Shown here: piece after piece, positions 10,755 through 20,639 of the stretch | How the letters are laid out: the number at the start of each line of letters is the position of its first letter | Position numbering within the stretch: the stretch's first letter is position 1 | NCBI GenBank assembly: GCA_963665775.2 | Contig: CAXXTF010000002.1 | Location: forward strand, 96,001 to 160,000 | From: Dehalococcoidia bacterium | Lineage (GTDB): Bacteria > Chloroflexota > Dehalococcoidia > SM23-28-2 > RBG-16-64-32 | Length of the DNA: 64,000 bases | Direction: 5' to 3' | Translations under genes and position numbers: made by a program | The notes under the pieces: model-generated | Told to the model about the DNA's origin: nothing | Database searches by the model: none | What the model saw: the letters and a program-made list of their open reading frames with translations, nothing else

Positions 10755-12280
10755 TGTTGGCAACCAGCAAAATTGGGACACATTGAGACCCGAGAGATCA
10801 GGGGTCGGATAGAGGTCTCGTAAGCTCCCTGATGGCCCTATTGTGCTGTCTTCGCCGTTCGATTGTTTGGGCCTGCACCTCCTTTCTTCTTAGTAGGATC
10901 TCCTGCCGCCTTCCCTTGAGGACATCCGAGGGCGTCACGTTGCCGAGGGCCTTGTGATAGCGTCGGTAGTTGTAGTAGCTGACGAAGGCCACGATGGCCG
11001 CCTCCAAGTCTGAAGGCATCTCATACGGCAGTTGGTTCACATCACGCTTGAGGGTCTGGTGGTAGCGCTCCAGCTTGCCGTTGGTCTGAGGATGGAAGGG
11101 CGTTGCCAGGATGTGCTTGATGCCCACCATACCCAGGTAGTCTCTGAAGGCTCTGGATACATAGCCGGGGCCGTTGTCGCTCAGCAGCCTGGTCCGGTCT
11201 GTTATCGGGATCTGGTCCATGCCGGTCCTGTCCACGGCCTCTTGGACCACCTCTATGAAGGAGTCGGATGTCATATCCCTCTGAAGCCTGTGGCCCAGGC
11301 CTGTCCTGAGCTTGTCGAAGGGATGAATCGTGAGTAGTCGTCCATGACGGTGACCATGTAGTAGTAGCCCCAGCCCACCACCCTGAAGTAGGAGGCATCG
11401 GTGGCCCACATCTGGTGGAGACCGGTGGTCTTCCGATGGTACTCCTTACCCGCAGCCAGCTGCATCTCAGCCCTCTTCACCAGCCCCTCCCTGGGCAGGA
11501 TGCGGTAGACAGTAGACTCTGATACGGAGAAGCCCTGGTTGTCGGTGGTCCATGCGGCCAACTGCCGGCAACTCAACTCCGGCATCTCCCTGGCTGCCGA
11601 CAGAACGTAGTTGATCTCCTGGGAAGTCAGCTTGTTCCATGGGGGATTGCCACCTCCCACGTCGTCCTCAAGTCCTTGCTGCTCCTTCCGCCTCAGCCAC
11701 CGGTAGTAGGTGATCCTGGGGACTCCTAGCCCACCCAGGATCCTGCGTTTGGGGAGACCGGAGGAAGCCACCTTGTCCAGCACCTCCGCCTTCTCTGCGC
11801 CACTCATCCGTTGATACTGTCGGCGCCCTGAGGCATTGGTATGGACGTTTTTTTGAGACGATAGACCTCAAGGGACAGATCGGCGACCAACTGCTTTAGC
11901 TCTCCGTTCTCCCGCTTGAGCTGATGGACCTCCTCCCTGGTGGCATCTCGCACGCTGTCGGGGGTGAGCCTCTCCTTGCCCGCTTCCATGAACTCCTTGG
12001 TCCACGAGTAGTAAGAGTGACGCTTGATGCCCTCCCGCCTGCACGATACGAATCTTCTCTTCCGGGGTGTACTTGCGCCTAGTAGCAGCCTTAACCGTTC
12101 CGATGAATGACCTGGCCGCCTCTGTGCGTTCATCAGCGGCCGCTGTTTTACCTGTTTCTGTCTGGGACATCTTTGGCTCCTCTATCTGAAGTGCTCTACC
12201 TCATCACGGAGCTGACCCCACCTCAAATCTCTCGGGTTTTTCTACCCCCTCATCTGTCCCATTATCGCTGACGGTCTACA
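10755..12280 (-). mobile_element. IS3/IS481-like DDE element (orfA + orfB), defective
   Basis: Imperfect TGT-initiated IRs (TGTTGGCAACCAGCAAAATTGGGACA / TGTAGACCGTCAGCGATAATGGGACA); orfA 12170-11804 frameshifted; orfB 11807-10798 with WATD, SDNGPGY, GKLER, frameshifted by a 23-nt insert. Confidence 0.9.
11299..11321. repeat. 23-nt REP-like micro-insertion GCCTGTCCTGAGCTTGTCGAAGG
   Basis: Its removal restores orfB (DDYSRFI-LGHRLQRDM). Confidence 0.8.
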
Positions 12281-12291
12281 GTGAAGGAGAA

Positions 12292-12321
12292 ACGATAGCG
12301 AACAGCTGTTCTTTTTGTCAA
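12292..12321 (-). promoter_or_regulatory. Promoter with a Gram-positive/Chloroflexota-type LexA box in its spacer
   Basis: TTGACA-N18-TATCGT on the minus strand containing GAAC-AGCT-GTTC (12300-12311). Confidence 0.6.
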
Positions 12322-12521
12322 TGGCCTGAGGACAGACCAATATGCCGGGCGAATTCGGCGAATTCCATGCCGCTCAGCGTGCGGCCATACTTCCAATCCT
12401 CCATGTATTGACTGAGAGCGGGTTTCAAATTACTTGTATGCGTGCCAGGGGGGGAGTAAAATCATTTTATAGGGTCCAAGACGCAATATTTTCATTTCCC
12501 GGTACTCGGAGGATAAACAAA

Positions 12522-13238
12522 ATGTTTGGTCGGAACAGAGAAAAGAAGCGGTTCTCCTGGCGATGCGCCGTGCTGCTGGTGGCGGGGAGCCTGCTTTTGG
12601 CGGCCTGCGGCGGCGACGACACCGTGATGTCTCTGAGCGATATCGACGAGACCACCACCGGGGCCGAACTTATAGCGTCGCTTTCCGAAGGTGAAGCCGA
12701 CTGCCTGCGTGCTGCGATAGGGGACGCGAGCTACGAGGCTATGCAGGACCTGACCCTGTCCGAGAGTGCTATGGGATTCGATACGTTCCCGCTGCAATGC
12801 CTGGAGCCGGACAACGCCATCGACCTGAGCGTAGCCATGATGTCGCTCCAGGCGGGCGGGCTGTCCGATGATAGCCAGGCCTGCATCAAGGACGTTTTCG
12901 CAGACTTCGGGGTGCCGGGCGAGGGGATGAGCATGACAGACTCCATGCGCTCCTTTATAACCATGCAGCTCTGCCTGACCGACGAAGAAGCGCAAGCCAT
13001 GTCGGGACCTGTTCCGGAAGAAGACGCATTTCCTTTGCCCTCCCAACTACGCTGCGTATCCGAGCAGACAGACCTGGAGAACCTGTTCATCGTCTACCAG
13101 GCCTTTGCCGACCTGGAGTCGAGCACGGAGCCGCCCACACCATCGCCGGAAATGACGAAGGCGGTGGCCGAGATAATGGCGGCCCAGGAGACCTGCGGCA
13201 TTCCCACCATCATCCAGGGGGAGGGGTCAGCGCCCTAG
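12522..13238 (+). CDS. Cys-rich acidic lipoprotein, paralog 1
   Basis: GGAGG RBS, lipobox LLLAAC; mature domain nearly identical to 51668-52289; upstream TTGTAT-N17-TAAAAT. Confidence 0.85.
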   Translation: MFGRNREKKRFSWRCAVLLVAGSLLLAACGGDDTVMSLSDIDETTTGAELIASLSEGEADCLRAAIGDASYEAMQDLTLSESAMGFDTFPLQCLEPDNAIDLSVAMMSLQAGGLSDDSQACIKDVFADFGVPGEGMSMTDSMRSFITMQLCLTDEEAQAMSGPVPEEDAFPLPSQLRCVSEQTDLENLFIVYQAFADLESSTEPPTPSPEMTKAVAEIMAAQETCGIPTIIQGEGSAP

Positions 13239-13492
13239 GCGGCGGCTCGGGTTACTGCCTGAGCTGAGATATCCGGGGTGTGGGAACCGACGTTGGAGTC
13301 GGATCATCGGCGTGGACAGATGCGTGAGTCTTGGAGGCATCCGAGGATTGAGTATCCATCGTCGGAGCATTCGTTTCCGTGTCATTTGGTGCGCCCTGGG
13401 GTGATGAAACGTTTGCGGCTGTGTTAGCTACGTTGGGCGCTGGTCTCGACATGTCCTATGGTGGGCTCCGCTATGTGGCAGACCCTGGAAGC

Positions 13493-14378
13493 TCACAGGG
13501 CAACCTCCCACCGAAAAGTTTGTAGTACAGTCCCCGTTGGCCCACCATCGTGCATACTAGATAGAACGGAACCATGTAGGGTCACCTTTACGGCCGCCCC
13601 TCCCGGTATCAAGGTGTCATCTGGCACAGGTGCAGTGTATCTGAGCAGGGCGTCACCGGGCACGACGACGATCTCCTTGATAAAGGACTGGATGAAGGCC
13701 CTGCGCTCGGTCAGTTCGCTCTCCTTCAGGAAGTCCTTCATGTCCTTGGCGTAGGCCGCGATGGTGTTCACGTCGTCGAGGACCTTCCGGCGCTGGGCCA
13801 GGACCGCCCTCGCCTGCTCAGCGAAATACTCCAGACGCTCCTGCCGCTCTCGGTGCTCCCTGATGCGGTCTGAGGCGTCGGTCATAACGGCGTCGGACGT
13901 CTCTATGAAGTGCCAGATGCGGCCCAGCTTCCGCTTCACTTCCTCAAGCTCATCCTCGATGGTCTCCAGCCTCTTGCGCTGCTCTCGGGTCACGCCGTCC
14001 ATCTCCTCGGCCACCACCTTGACCAGATCTCGGATGTTGCCCTCAGTGAGGATGTTGGAGCGAATCCTGGCGACCACCAGCTCCTCGAAGCGGCGGGCGT
14101 TGAGCGTGGGAGTCTTGCAGGCGTCCCTGCCGAGCTTGATGGTCGACTGGCAGACGTAGTAGGAGTACTTGCCGCTCTGGGCGAACCGGCCGATGAGCGG
14201 CGTGTTGCACGTCTTGCACTTGGCGAGGCCGCTGAGCAGGTAGGAGCTTCCGACTCTTCGGGGGTGGCTGAACTTGGGTGCGCGGGAGCTCAGATGCTTC
14301 CCGACACGCTGCAACTGCGCCCTGGTGATGATGGCGGGAAACGCCTTCTCCACCCGCACAGGGTCGGCGTTGTCCTTG
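13493..14378 (-). pseudogene. Large serine recombinase, C-terminal half, truncated by IS3
   Basis: YLLSGLAKCKTC, YYVCQS, coiled coil, RAFIQSFIKEIVV; homologous to 20611-21681. Confidence 0.9.
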
Positions 14379-15651
14379 TGACCTTGCCCCCGAAAACGAG
14401 TCCAGGCCCAATGTTAGTAATCAGGGGTTCTGGACCAGAGAAAGGGGGCAGAAGGATTGGGCAGGCAGCATCACACGGCAGAGGAGATCATCAACAAGTT
14501 GAGGGAGGCGGAGGTCGGGCTGGCTAAGGGCCTGGCTGTGCCCGAGGTCTGCAGGAAGCTGGGCGTGGCAGAGCAGACCTACTACCGCTGGCGGAAGGAG
14601 TAGGGCGGCCTGAGGAGGGAGCAGGCCAAGCGGCTGCGGGAGCTGGAGCAGGAGAACCTGCGGCTGAAGAAGCTGGTAGCCGGTCTCTCCCTGGACAACG
14701 CCATCCTGAAGGAGGCGGCGCAGGGAAACTTCTGAGCCCGGCCAAGAGACGACAGGCGGTGGCCTGGGTGCGGAATGCGTTGGGCCACGCGGTCATCTCG
14801 GAGCGCCGGGCCTGCCAGGCCCTGGGGCAGGAGCGATCGACGCAGCGGCGGTGGGGTTCTCCTCCCGACGATGAAGGGAGGCTGCTGAGGCGGATGGTGG
14901 AGCTAGCGACCGAGTACGGGCGCTACGGTTACCGACGGGTGACCGCCCTGCTGCGAGAGGAGGGTTTTCGGGTGAACCACAAGCGGGTAGAGCGGCTCTG
15001 GCGGCGGGAAGGGCTGAAGGTGCCGGCGAAGCAGCCGAAGCGGAGGCGGCTCTGGTTGACAGACGGCTCCTGCGTTAGGCTCAGGCCGACTGAGCCCAAC
15101 CACGTCTGGAGCTACGACTTCGTGTTTACCCGCACCAGCGACGGCCGTCCCCTGCGGCTCTTGACGGTGCTGGACGAGTTCACAAGGGAGTGCCTGGCTA
15201 TCCAGGTGGCGAGGCAGATCACCAGTGATGACGTGCTGGCAGAGCTGGCCCAGCTCTTGGTCGAGCGCGGGACGCCTCGCTACCTGCGCTCGGACAACGG
15301 GCCAGAGTTCACGGCACGTGCGCTCCGGACCTGGCTAGAGCGGGTAGGCGTGCAGACTCTGTATATCGAGCCCGGGAGCCCCTGGGAGAACGGCTACATC
15401 GAGTCGTTCAATGGGAAGCTACGTGATGAACTATTGAATGGGGAGGTGTTCGACACGGTGCTGGAAGCACAGGTCCTCTGCGAGCGGTGGCGACGGAACT
15501 ACAACGAGGTGCGCCCGCATAGCGCTCTCGGCTACCGGCCGCCAGCACCGCAAGCGATCGTGCCATGGCCGGGCTCCACCGCGCCATCCCTGGAGACTAC
15601 GGCGATGGCCACACTAACATAGCCTGTGGTAGCGTTTAGGGGGGCAGGTCA
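14379..15651 (+). mobile_element. IS3-family element, copy 1 (1273 bp; amber in orfA)
   Basis: Ends TGACCTTGCCCCC / GGGGGCAGGTCA; orfB WSYDF, SDNGPEF, IESFNG; GGGAAAC slippery site; TAG at 14601. Confidence 0.95.
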
Positions 15652-15704
15652 CCTACGGTGCACTTGGTTGTCCGAAAGCCGAAAGATCCTGTACTATCAC
15701 GTGC

Positions 15705-17300
15705 GTGATCGGTCAATTGAAGTATGTCGCTGCGGTGGCCGCTCTTCTTCTTACCCTGTCAGCATGTGGGGGGGGCGGTGGAGGGCAACAAGTCCTCACT
15801 TGGGAGCAACTAGAGAATGCCGCTTATCCAGTTGAGTTCGCGGAACCCGATGGAATAGCACACCTAGAAGATGGCGAGTTTCGCCAGCAGGCGGCTCCTG
15901 GCTCTGCTACACAGACCGTTGTTCGCTTGGCCGAAATACGCAGCTTCGGCCGGATCGATAACGGCAGCTCGATCGATGCAGCGCCCATCCTTATCGTGGA
16001 CCCCGGCGGCTCCGGGACGTTCATTTTTCTTGTGGCAGCGCTCAACATCGATGGGCAGCCAGAGATGGCAGCGACCATACTACTAGGCGATAGAGTGGCA
16101 GTTCGCTCGCTCAAGATCGTGGACAGCCAGATCGTCGTTGGCATGCGCGTAAGGGGGCCTGATGACCCGTTCGCGTACCTGACGACTGAAGTTACTCGTA
16201 CCTATGCCCTTGAAGGAAGCGATCTAGTTCTGCTAAGCGAAGAGACTTCCATCGTTCCGCCACCAAGTCCCAGCGATTACGGGTTCGAGCCCGAGCGCAT
16301 CGAGGTCGATGAGGGAGAAAAGGAAACCGTCATGGGGCGTTTAGCCCCAGGGGAACTTGGTGATCACGTTCTTGGAGGAGAGGCAAGACAAGAACTCCAA
16401 GTCGCATTGAGGAGCCAGTTCTCAAATGCCATTCTGTCGGTTTATGGGCTTACTGACGGACAAGTCCTGGTCAGTGTGACGGAGTTCAAAGTTCAATTCA
16501 CCGGCATCTTGCCCAGTAATCAGGACTATGCGATTAGAGTAGTCACGCTGGCTGGAGATGAACTGGACTATCGCCTTGATATCCAGCTTCAGGGGCGTCC
16601 ATCTACCTCTCCTCCTCCAAGCTCTTCGAAAAGCCCCACTCCGGACACCCTGACGGCAACTCCCGAAGCGGCCGCGCCGGTGACCCCAACCCAGGCAAGT
16701 CCAGTTAGTGGTGTTCAGCCACCGTCCGGGGGTGGCTTGTTCGTCTATCTCACTTTCGACGACGGGCCCAGCGCTCCCTTCACGGGTCAAGTGCTCGACC
16801 TTCTTGCCCGTTTCAATGCGAAAGGCACGTTCTTCGCGCTGGGAACCAACGCGCAAACAATGCCGGAGCTTACTCGGAGGGCTGCGTTGGAAGGCCACTC
16901 CTTCGGCAACCACACCATGTCGCACGGTTCTCTCCAGGGAATCGACCACGACGCCTTTTTCAACGAGGTGACAGCAGCTCAGTCAGTTATCGACGAGTTG
17001 GTGGGTGCTGCCTCGACCCGGTGCCTGCGACCTCCCTACGGAGCGACTGACTCCTTTACCCGCGCATATGCTGCGGAACTCGGCTATGCCGTAGTGCTTT
17101 GGGACGTCGATCCACGCGACTGGGCACGACCCGGAGTCGACGAAATCGTTTCCTCCATAGTGGAAGGAAGTGGGCCAGGAAGGATAATCCTTATGCACGA
17201 CGGCGGTGGTGATCGGACTCAGACGGTTGCCGCACTCGAACAAGTGTTAGTCCAGCTCTCCGACTTGGGTTATGCATTCAAACCTCTATTGTGTGCCTGA
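15705..17300 (+). CDS. Lipoprotein with a C-terminal NodB/CE4 polysaccharide deacetylase domain
   Basis: Lipobox LTLSAC; LTFDDGP, GNHTMSH, RPPYG, ILMHDGGG; Pro/Ser/Thr linker. Confidence 0.9.
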   Translation: MIGQLKYVAAVAALLLTLSACGGGGGGQQVLTWEQLENAAYPVEFAEPDGIAHLEDGEFRQQAAPGSATQTVVRLAEIRSFGRIDNGSSIDAAPILIVDPGGSGTFIFLVAALNIDGQPEMAATILLGDRVAVRSLKIVDSQIVVGMRVRGPDDPFAYLTTEVTRTYALEGSDLVLLSEETSIVPPPSPSDYGFEPERIEVDEGEKETVMGRLAPGELGDHVLGGEARQELQVALRSQFSNAILSVYGLTDGQVLVSVTEFKVQFTGILPSNQDYAIRVVTLAGDELDYRLDIQLQGRPSTSPPPSSSKSPTPDTLTATPEAAAPVTPTQASPVSGVQPPSGGGLFVYLTFDDGPSAPFTGQVLDLLARFNAKGTFFALGTNAQTMPELTRRAALEGHSFGNHTMSHGSLQGIDHDAFFNEVTAAQSVIDELVGAASTRCLRPPYGATDSFTRAYAAELGYAVVLWDVDPRDWARPGVDEIVSSIVEGSGPGRIILMHDGGGDRTQTVAALEQVLVQLSDLGYAFKPLLCA

Positions 17301-17943
17301 GGAACAGGGGCCGCCGATGGCTAGGTAGACCCCAGTTGGATTCTAGGGAGCCTTGTACCTAACCCGGGAGGGCGGCTGGTGAGACGCCCTCAAACCGGCA
17401 GCGCCACAGGTGCCACTGGCCCGCCAGCCGCGGCATCTGCCCAGACCGCGACAGGCTCTACGACTTTAAGGCCACCACGCTAGACGGGATTACGGAGTCT
17501 CAGGAGGCGTAGTGGACGGCGTGACCGCCTACATCTCCTCGCAGACACGGCACGGCGCCTCATCAGTGTCGCGCCTTCTCTCGGAACGGCATTCCGCTTG
17601 CAGCGTTATTGAGACGTGCCGAGGAGCGTTCTCGACCTCGCCCGGATCCTTCCCGGCGCGGAGGAGGCTCTGCGAGCGATTGGCCACGTGACACCATGAC
17701 GAGATCGTGTTGCCAACAGCTTTTTTTCATTACCAAAGGTAATGTTTGGTAAGGGTTTGGTAAGGAAAACGACCTCACGCTTGCGTAATTCGGACAAGGA
17801 GCATCCTCTCCGAGGGTGAGGCCGCGCGGGAGGCCGGTCTATCCCACCGACCCGCAGGTGTCGCCCTCCAAGGTCTGTTCCTTCCTCGGGGACCCCGGCT
17901 ATGGGGCCCCCGTTCAAATCAGTGTGTGTATCTGCGCGTCGTT

Positions 17944-18225
17944 TCATTTGACATAATACCCCCGTTGTTCAGGGGTACGTGGGGCAAGGGGGCCTCTACC
18001 GTCGAGCCATTCTTCGTCAATGGCCCCAGCATCCCCACGAATGGCCTTAGTCCTAAGCCGTGCCTCCTCCTGCTCATCCTCCCCCTTCTTCTTGTCCTTC
18101 AGCTTGAAGACAATCATCTTGGCGAGCCAGCGTTCGTTTGGCCTTGCCCTGCCGTACACCTGTGCTAGCTCTTTAAGCCAGACGCGTAGCTCTTCATCTA
18201 GCTGTACTGTTACTTCAGTGGTCAT
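17944..18225 (-). CDS. Small hypothetical protein, possible ribbon-helix-helix N-terminus
   Basis: GGAGG RBS before MTTEVTVQLDEELRVWLKELA. Confidence 0.5.
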   Translation of the reverse strand: MTTEVTVQLDEELRVWLKELAQVYGRARPNERWLAKMIVFKLKDKKKGEDEQEEARLRTKAIRGDAGAIDEEWLDGRGPLAPRTPEQRGYYVK

Positions 18226-18671
18226 CCTATCCTCCGACAGTTCGAACGGGCTTCTTCTCGTAGTTGATCCACGTCCAGCCCGTGCTCGGCGACCGGCGAC
18301 TTCCATATGTCATTCCGCCGGCACATGGTGCGCGGATCGGGCTTGCCGACCGCGAAGAAGGCGCCCGGAAGCGCCGGCCTCAGCGTGGCATCCGTGGCAA
18401 CGTACGTCTCCTCACCGTCTGACCGTCGCGGACCATGCGCAATAGGAGCTTTCGGACCGTGCCACCCTTCATGGCAGCTCCCCACTGGACAAGCTGACTG
18501 TCGATCTTCGGAGTCTGACTCCCTGCGAGACCGTCGATCTTTGCTTAGTAGTTGTAGTTGATCCTTAGCCTTGCCGTAGCTTCGTTCATGCTCTATCTCG
18601 CACAGGGATACGCCGCCCTCTGGGAGGCACTCTCCAGAAGCACATCCTGCAACCTACACACTCTAGATTCC

Positions 18672-18968
18672 CTACGCCGTAGGCTGCGGCTGGTAGCGCT
18701 CGACCTGTATTCGGTCTTCACCCTTGCGCGCTTGCGCTAGGTCGTAGGAAGTCTGCCGTCGCAGCCAGAAATCCGCGCTGGACCATCCAGCCTTTTCAAG
18801 GCGAATGGCCATGTCGGGCGAGATCGCCGCGTGGCCGTTCAAAACCCGCGAAAGGGTGTGACGGGCAACGCCCAAGACCTCCGCTGCCTCTGTGACACTC
18901 AGGCCAAGAGGATCCAAGCAGTTTTCCCTGATGCTGCCGCCAGGGTGAGGTGGATGTTTCATAGTCAT
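18672..18968 (-). CDS. higA: HigA-family antitoxin
   Basis: [29 protein letters not shown]. Confidence 0.92.
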   Translation of the reverse strand: MTMKHPPHPGGSIRENCLDPLGLSVTEAAEVLGVARHTLSRVLNGHAAISPDMAIRLEKAGWSSADFWLRRQTSYDLAQARKGEDRIQVERYQPQPTA

Positions 18969-18984
18969 GGTCTCTTCCCTCTTA

Positions 18985-19263
18985 CTAGTGATAGTCGACT
19001 AGATCGACGTCGTACACGTTGCCATTTTCAAACCGGCACGTGATCCGCCAGTTGCCCGAAATCGAAATGCTCCACAATCCTTTCAGATCACCCCTGAGGG
19101 GATGCAGTCTGTATCCCGGCAGATCGACGTCGCTCGGCTTGCTGGTTGCATCGAGGTCTGCCAGGGCGAGAGTAATCCGATCCAATTGGTTCGCACCTAC
19201 GCCGCTGGGGTCGCCTCGTTCATAGAGCCGCCTTAGACCCCGATGGTGAAACGACCGGATCAT
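18985..19263 (-). CDS. higB: HigB (RelE/ParE-family) toxin
   Basis: [43 protein letters not shown]; upstream of higA. Confidence 0.92.
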   Translation of the reverse strand: MIRSFHHRGLRRLYERGDPSGVGANQLDRITLALADLDATSKPSDVDLPGYRLHPLRGDLKGLWSISISGNWRITCRFENGNVYDVDLVDYH

Positions 19264-19408
19264 AGAAAGAGCATACCGTGTGCCGGTACACTTATCAATA
19301 GCCTCACTACTGTCTCCAACTCTTCGAGACCGCCTTGCGTTTTCCTGCAGTGCTCCCACATGCCGCTCTCGGGACTCGCTGGCCTCCCCAGTAGCGTCTT
19401 GCTGCCGT

Positions 19409-20063
19409 AGTAGTGTCCCAGGAAGTGGTGTAAGAGACAGCAGGGCCAGGCAAGACAAGGGGCCACCGTGTCACCCTCATCAACGACAAAGATGAAGATG
19501 GACGTGTCGGGTCTGTCTGCGTGAGGGGCTGCGGGTGCTGGTCCAGGCAGTGATGGAGGCCGAGATAGCACCAATACCGGGGCCAGCTTTGGCGAGCGCA
19601 GTTCGGAGCGGATCACCTACCGCAACGGCTACCGGGTCTGGCCTTGGGACACGCGCGTGGGCACCCTAGAGCTGCAGGTCCCGAAGGTGCGGGAGGGCAG
19701 CTACCTCCCCTCCCTGCTCGAACCCCGCCGGGCGCAGCGAGCGGGCCTTGCCCGCCGTCGTGTAGTAAGGCCGCACCCACTTCATGACCCAACCTGCTCT
19801 CCAGAGTCCCGCGGCGTACACAGCCGTGGCTGGCGACCATGGTGTGGACGATCTACCAGCAACCTTCTTCCCGCCCTGCGGTCCGGCGGCTCATCGGCGC
19901 GGTCCTCGCCGAGCGGCACCACGAGTGGCAGGCCGCCCGCCGCTATCTGCCCACTCTTGCCGCCGACATCGGCACCGCATGGAGGCATGATGATTCTGCC
20001 CGGAGGGGCAGCCTGATCAATCAGCGAGGGTGACGCTCTTACACCGCCTGACGGGACGTGATC
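19409..20063 (+). mobile_element. Internally deleted IS256-family relic
   Basis: N-terminal RNGYR..WDTRVGTLELQVPKVREGSY and C-terminal RLIGAVLAERHHEW; ends gtccc..ggtgtaagag / ctcttacacc..gggac. Confidence 0.75.
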
Positions 20064-20610
20064 CTGGATAGACGCCAACGCACAGATCTTCGACATGGCT
20101 CTCCAGGCAGGCGCCGTTCGTTCATCAGATACGAAGTCTGCTGGCCGGATCGAGCTCGTGACTAATGGCCGTTTGGGGAGAACGAGCGCCCCGCCTGCAC
20201 GCTTTGAGTCCGAGCAATGTCGTGGACTGAGGTTGCTATGAGCTCAAGGTTAGCGTCAACTCAAATGGTACGCTAGCGATTTGGCTCTGGTTGAACAGTG
20301 ATCCCGATGTTCGTCCAGTGGTGAGTAAAGGTATACCGTTTAGGCTTCAAGTGCAGTGCACTGGCACGACCTAGTAGCACGCCTAAGAGCCTGAGACTGC
20401 CCAAGGCTAGCGCCTTCTGAGCTTTAAGGGGTGGCGTTTAGGCACCCCAGTCTCCCGCACTACGCGACCTGTAGCCGACGGCTGTATCCTGAGTCTTGTA
20501 CAAGACATATGTCGGAGTCAGCGAGGATTTCAAGCCTAGACATTTCCGTACATAGCAGGTGTATAAAGGACCCGAGGGCAGGGTAAAGCTTTCTGACCAA
20601 AAAGCTTGGT

Positions 20611-20639
20611 TCAAGTCCGCTTAGGTGGGCCGGACTTGA
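20611..20639. other. Putative att site at the integrase 3' end
   Basis: Inverted repeat TCAAGTCCG-N11-CGGACTTGA spanning the last codons. Confidence 0.4.

Noticed and set aside
17848-17872. Lambda cos-like GGGCGACACCTGCGGGT on the minus strand
   Set aside because: Short GC-rich resemblance with no terminase or HNH gene nearby.
20065-20600. ORF-poor stretches (also 37160-37560 and 47790-48460) as ncRNA candidates
   Set aside because: No repeat, riboswitch or stable structure recognised by eye; an Infernal/Rfam scan would be needed.
20575-20635. tRNA-like GGTTCAAGTCC
   Set aside because: The T-stem does not pair beyond two bases and no cloverleaf or CCA end is present; better explained as the integrase-end palindrome.
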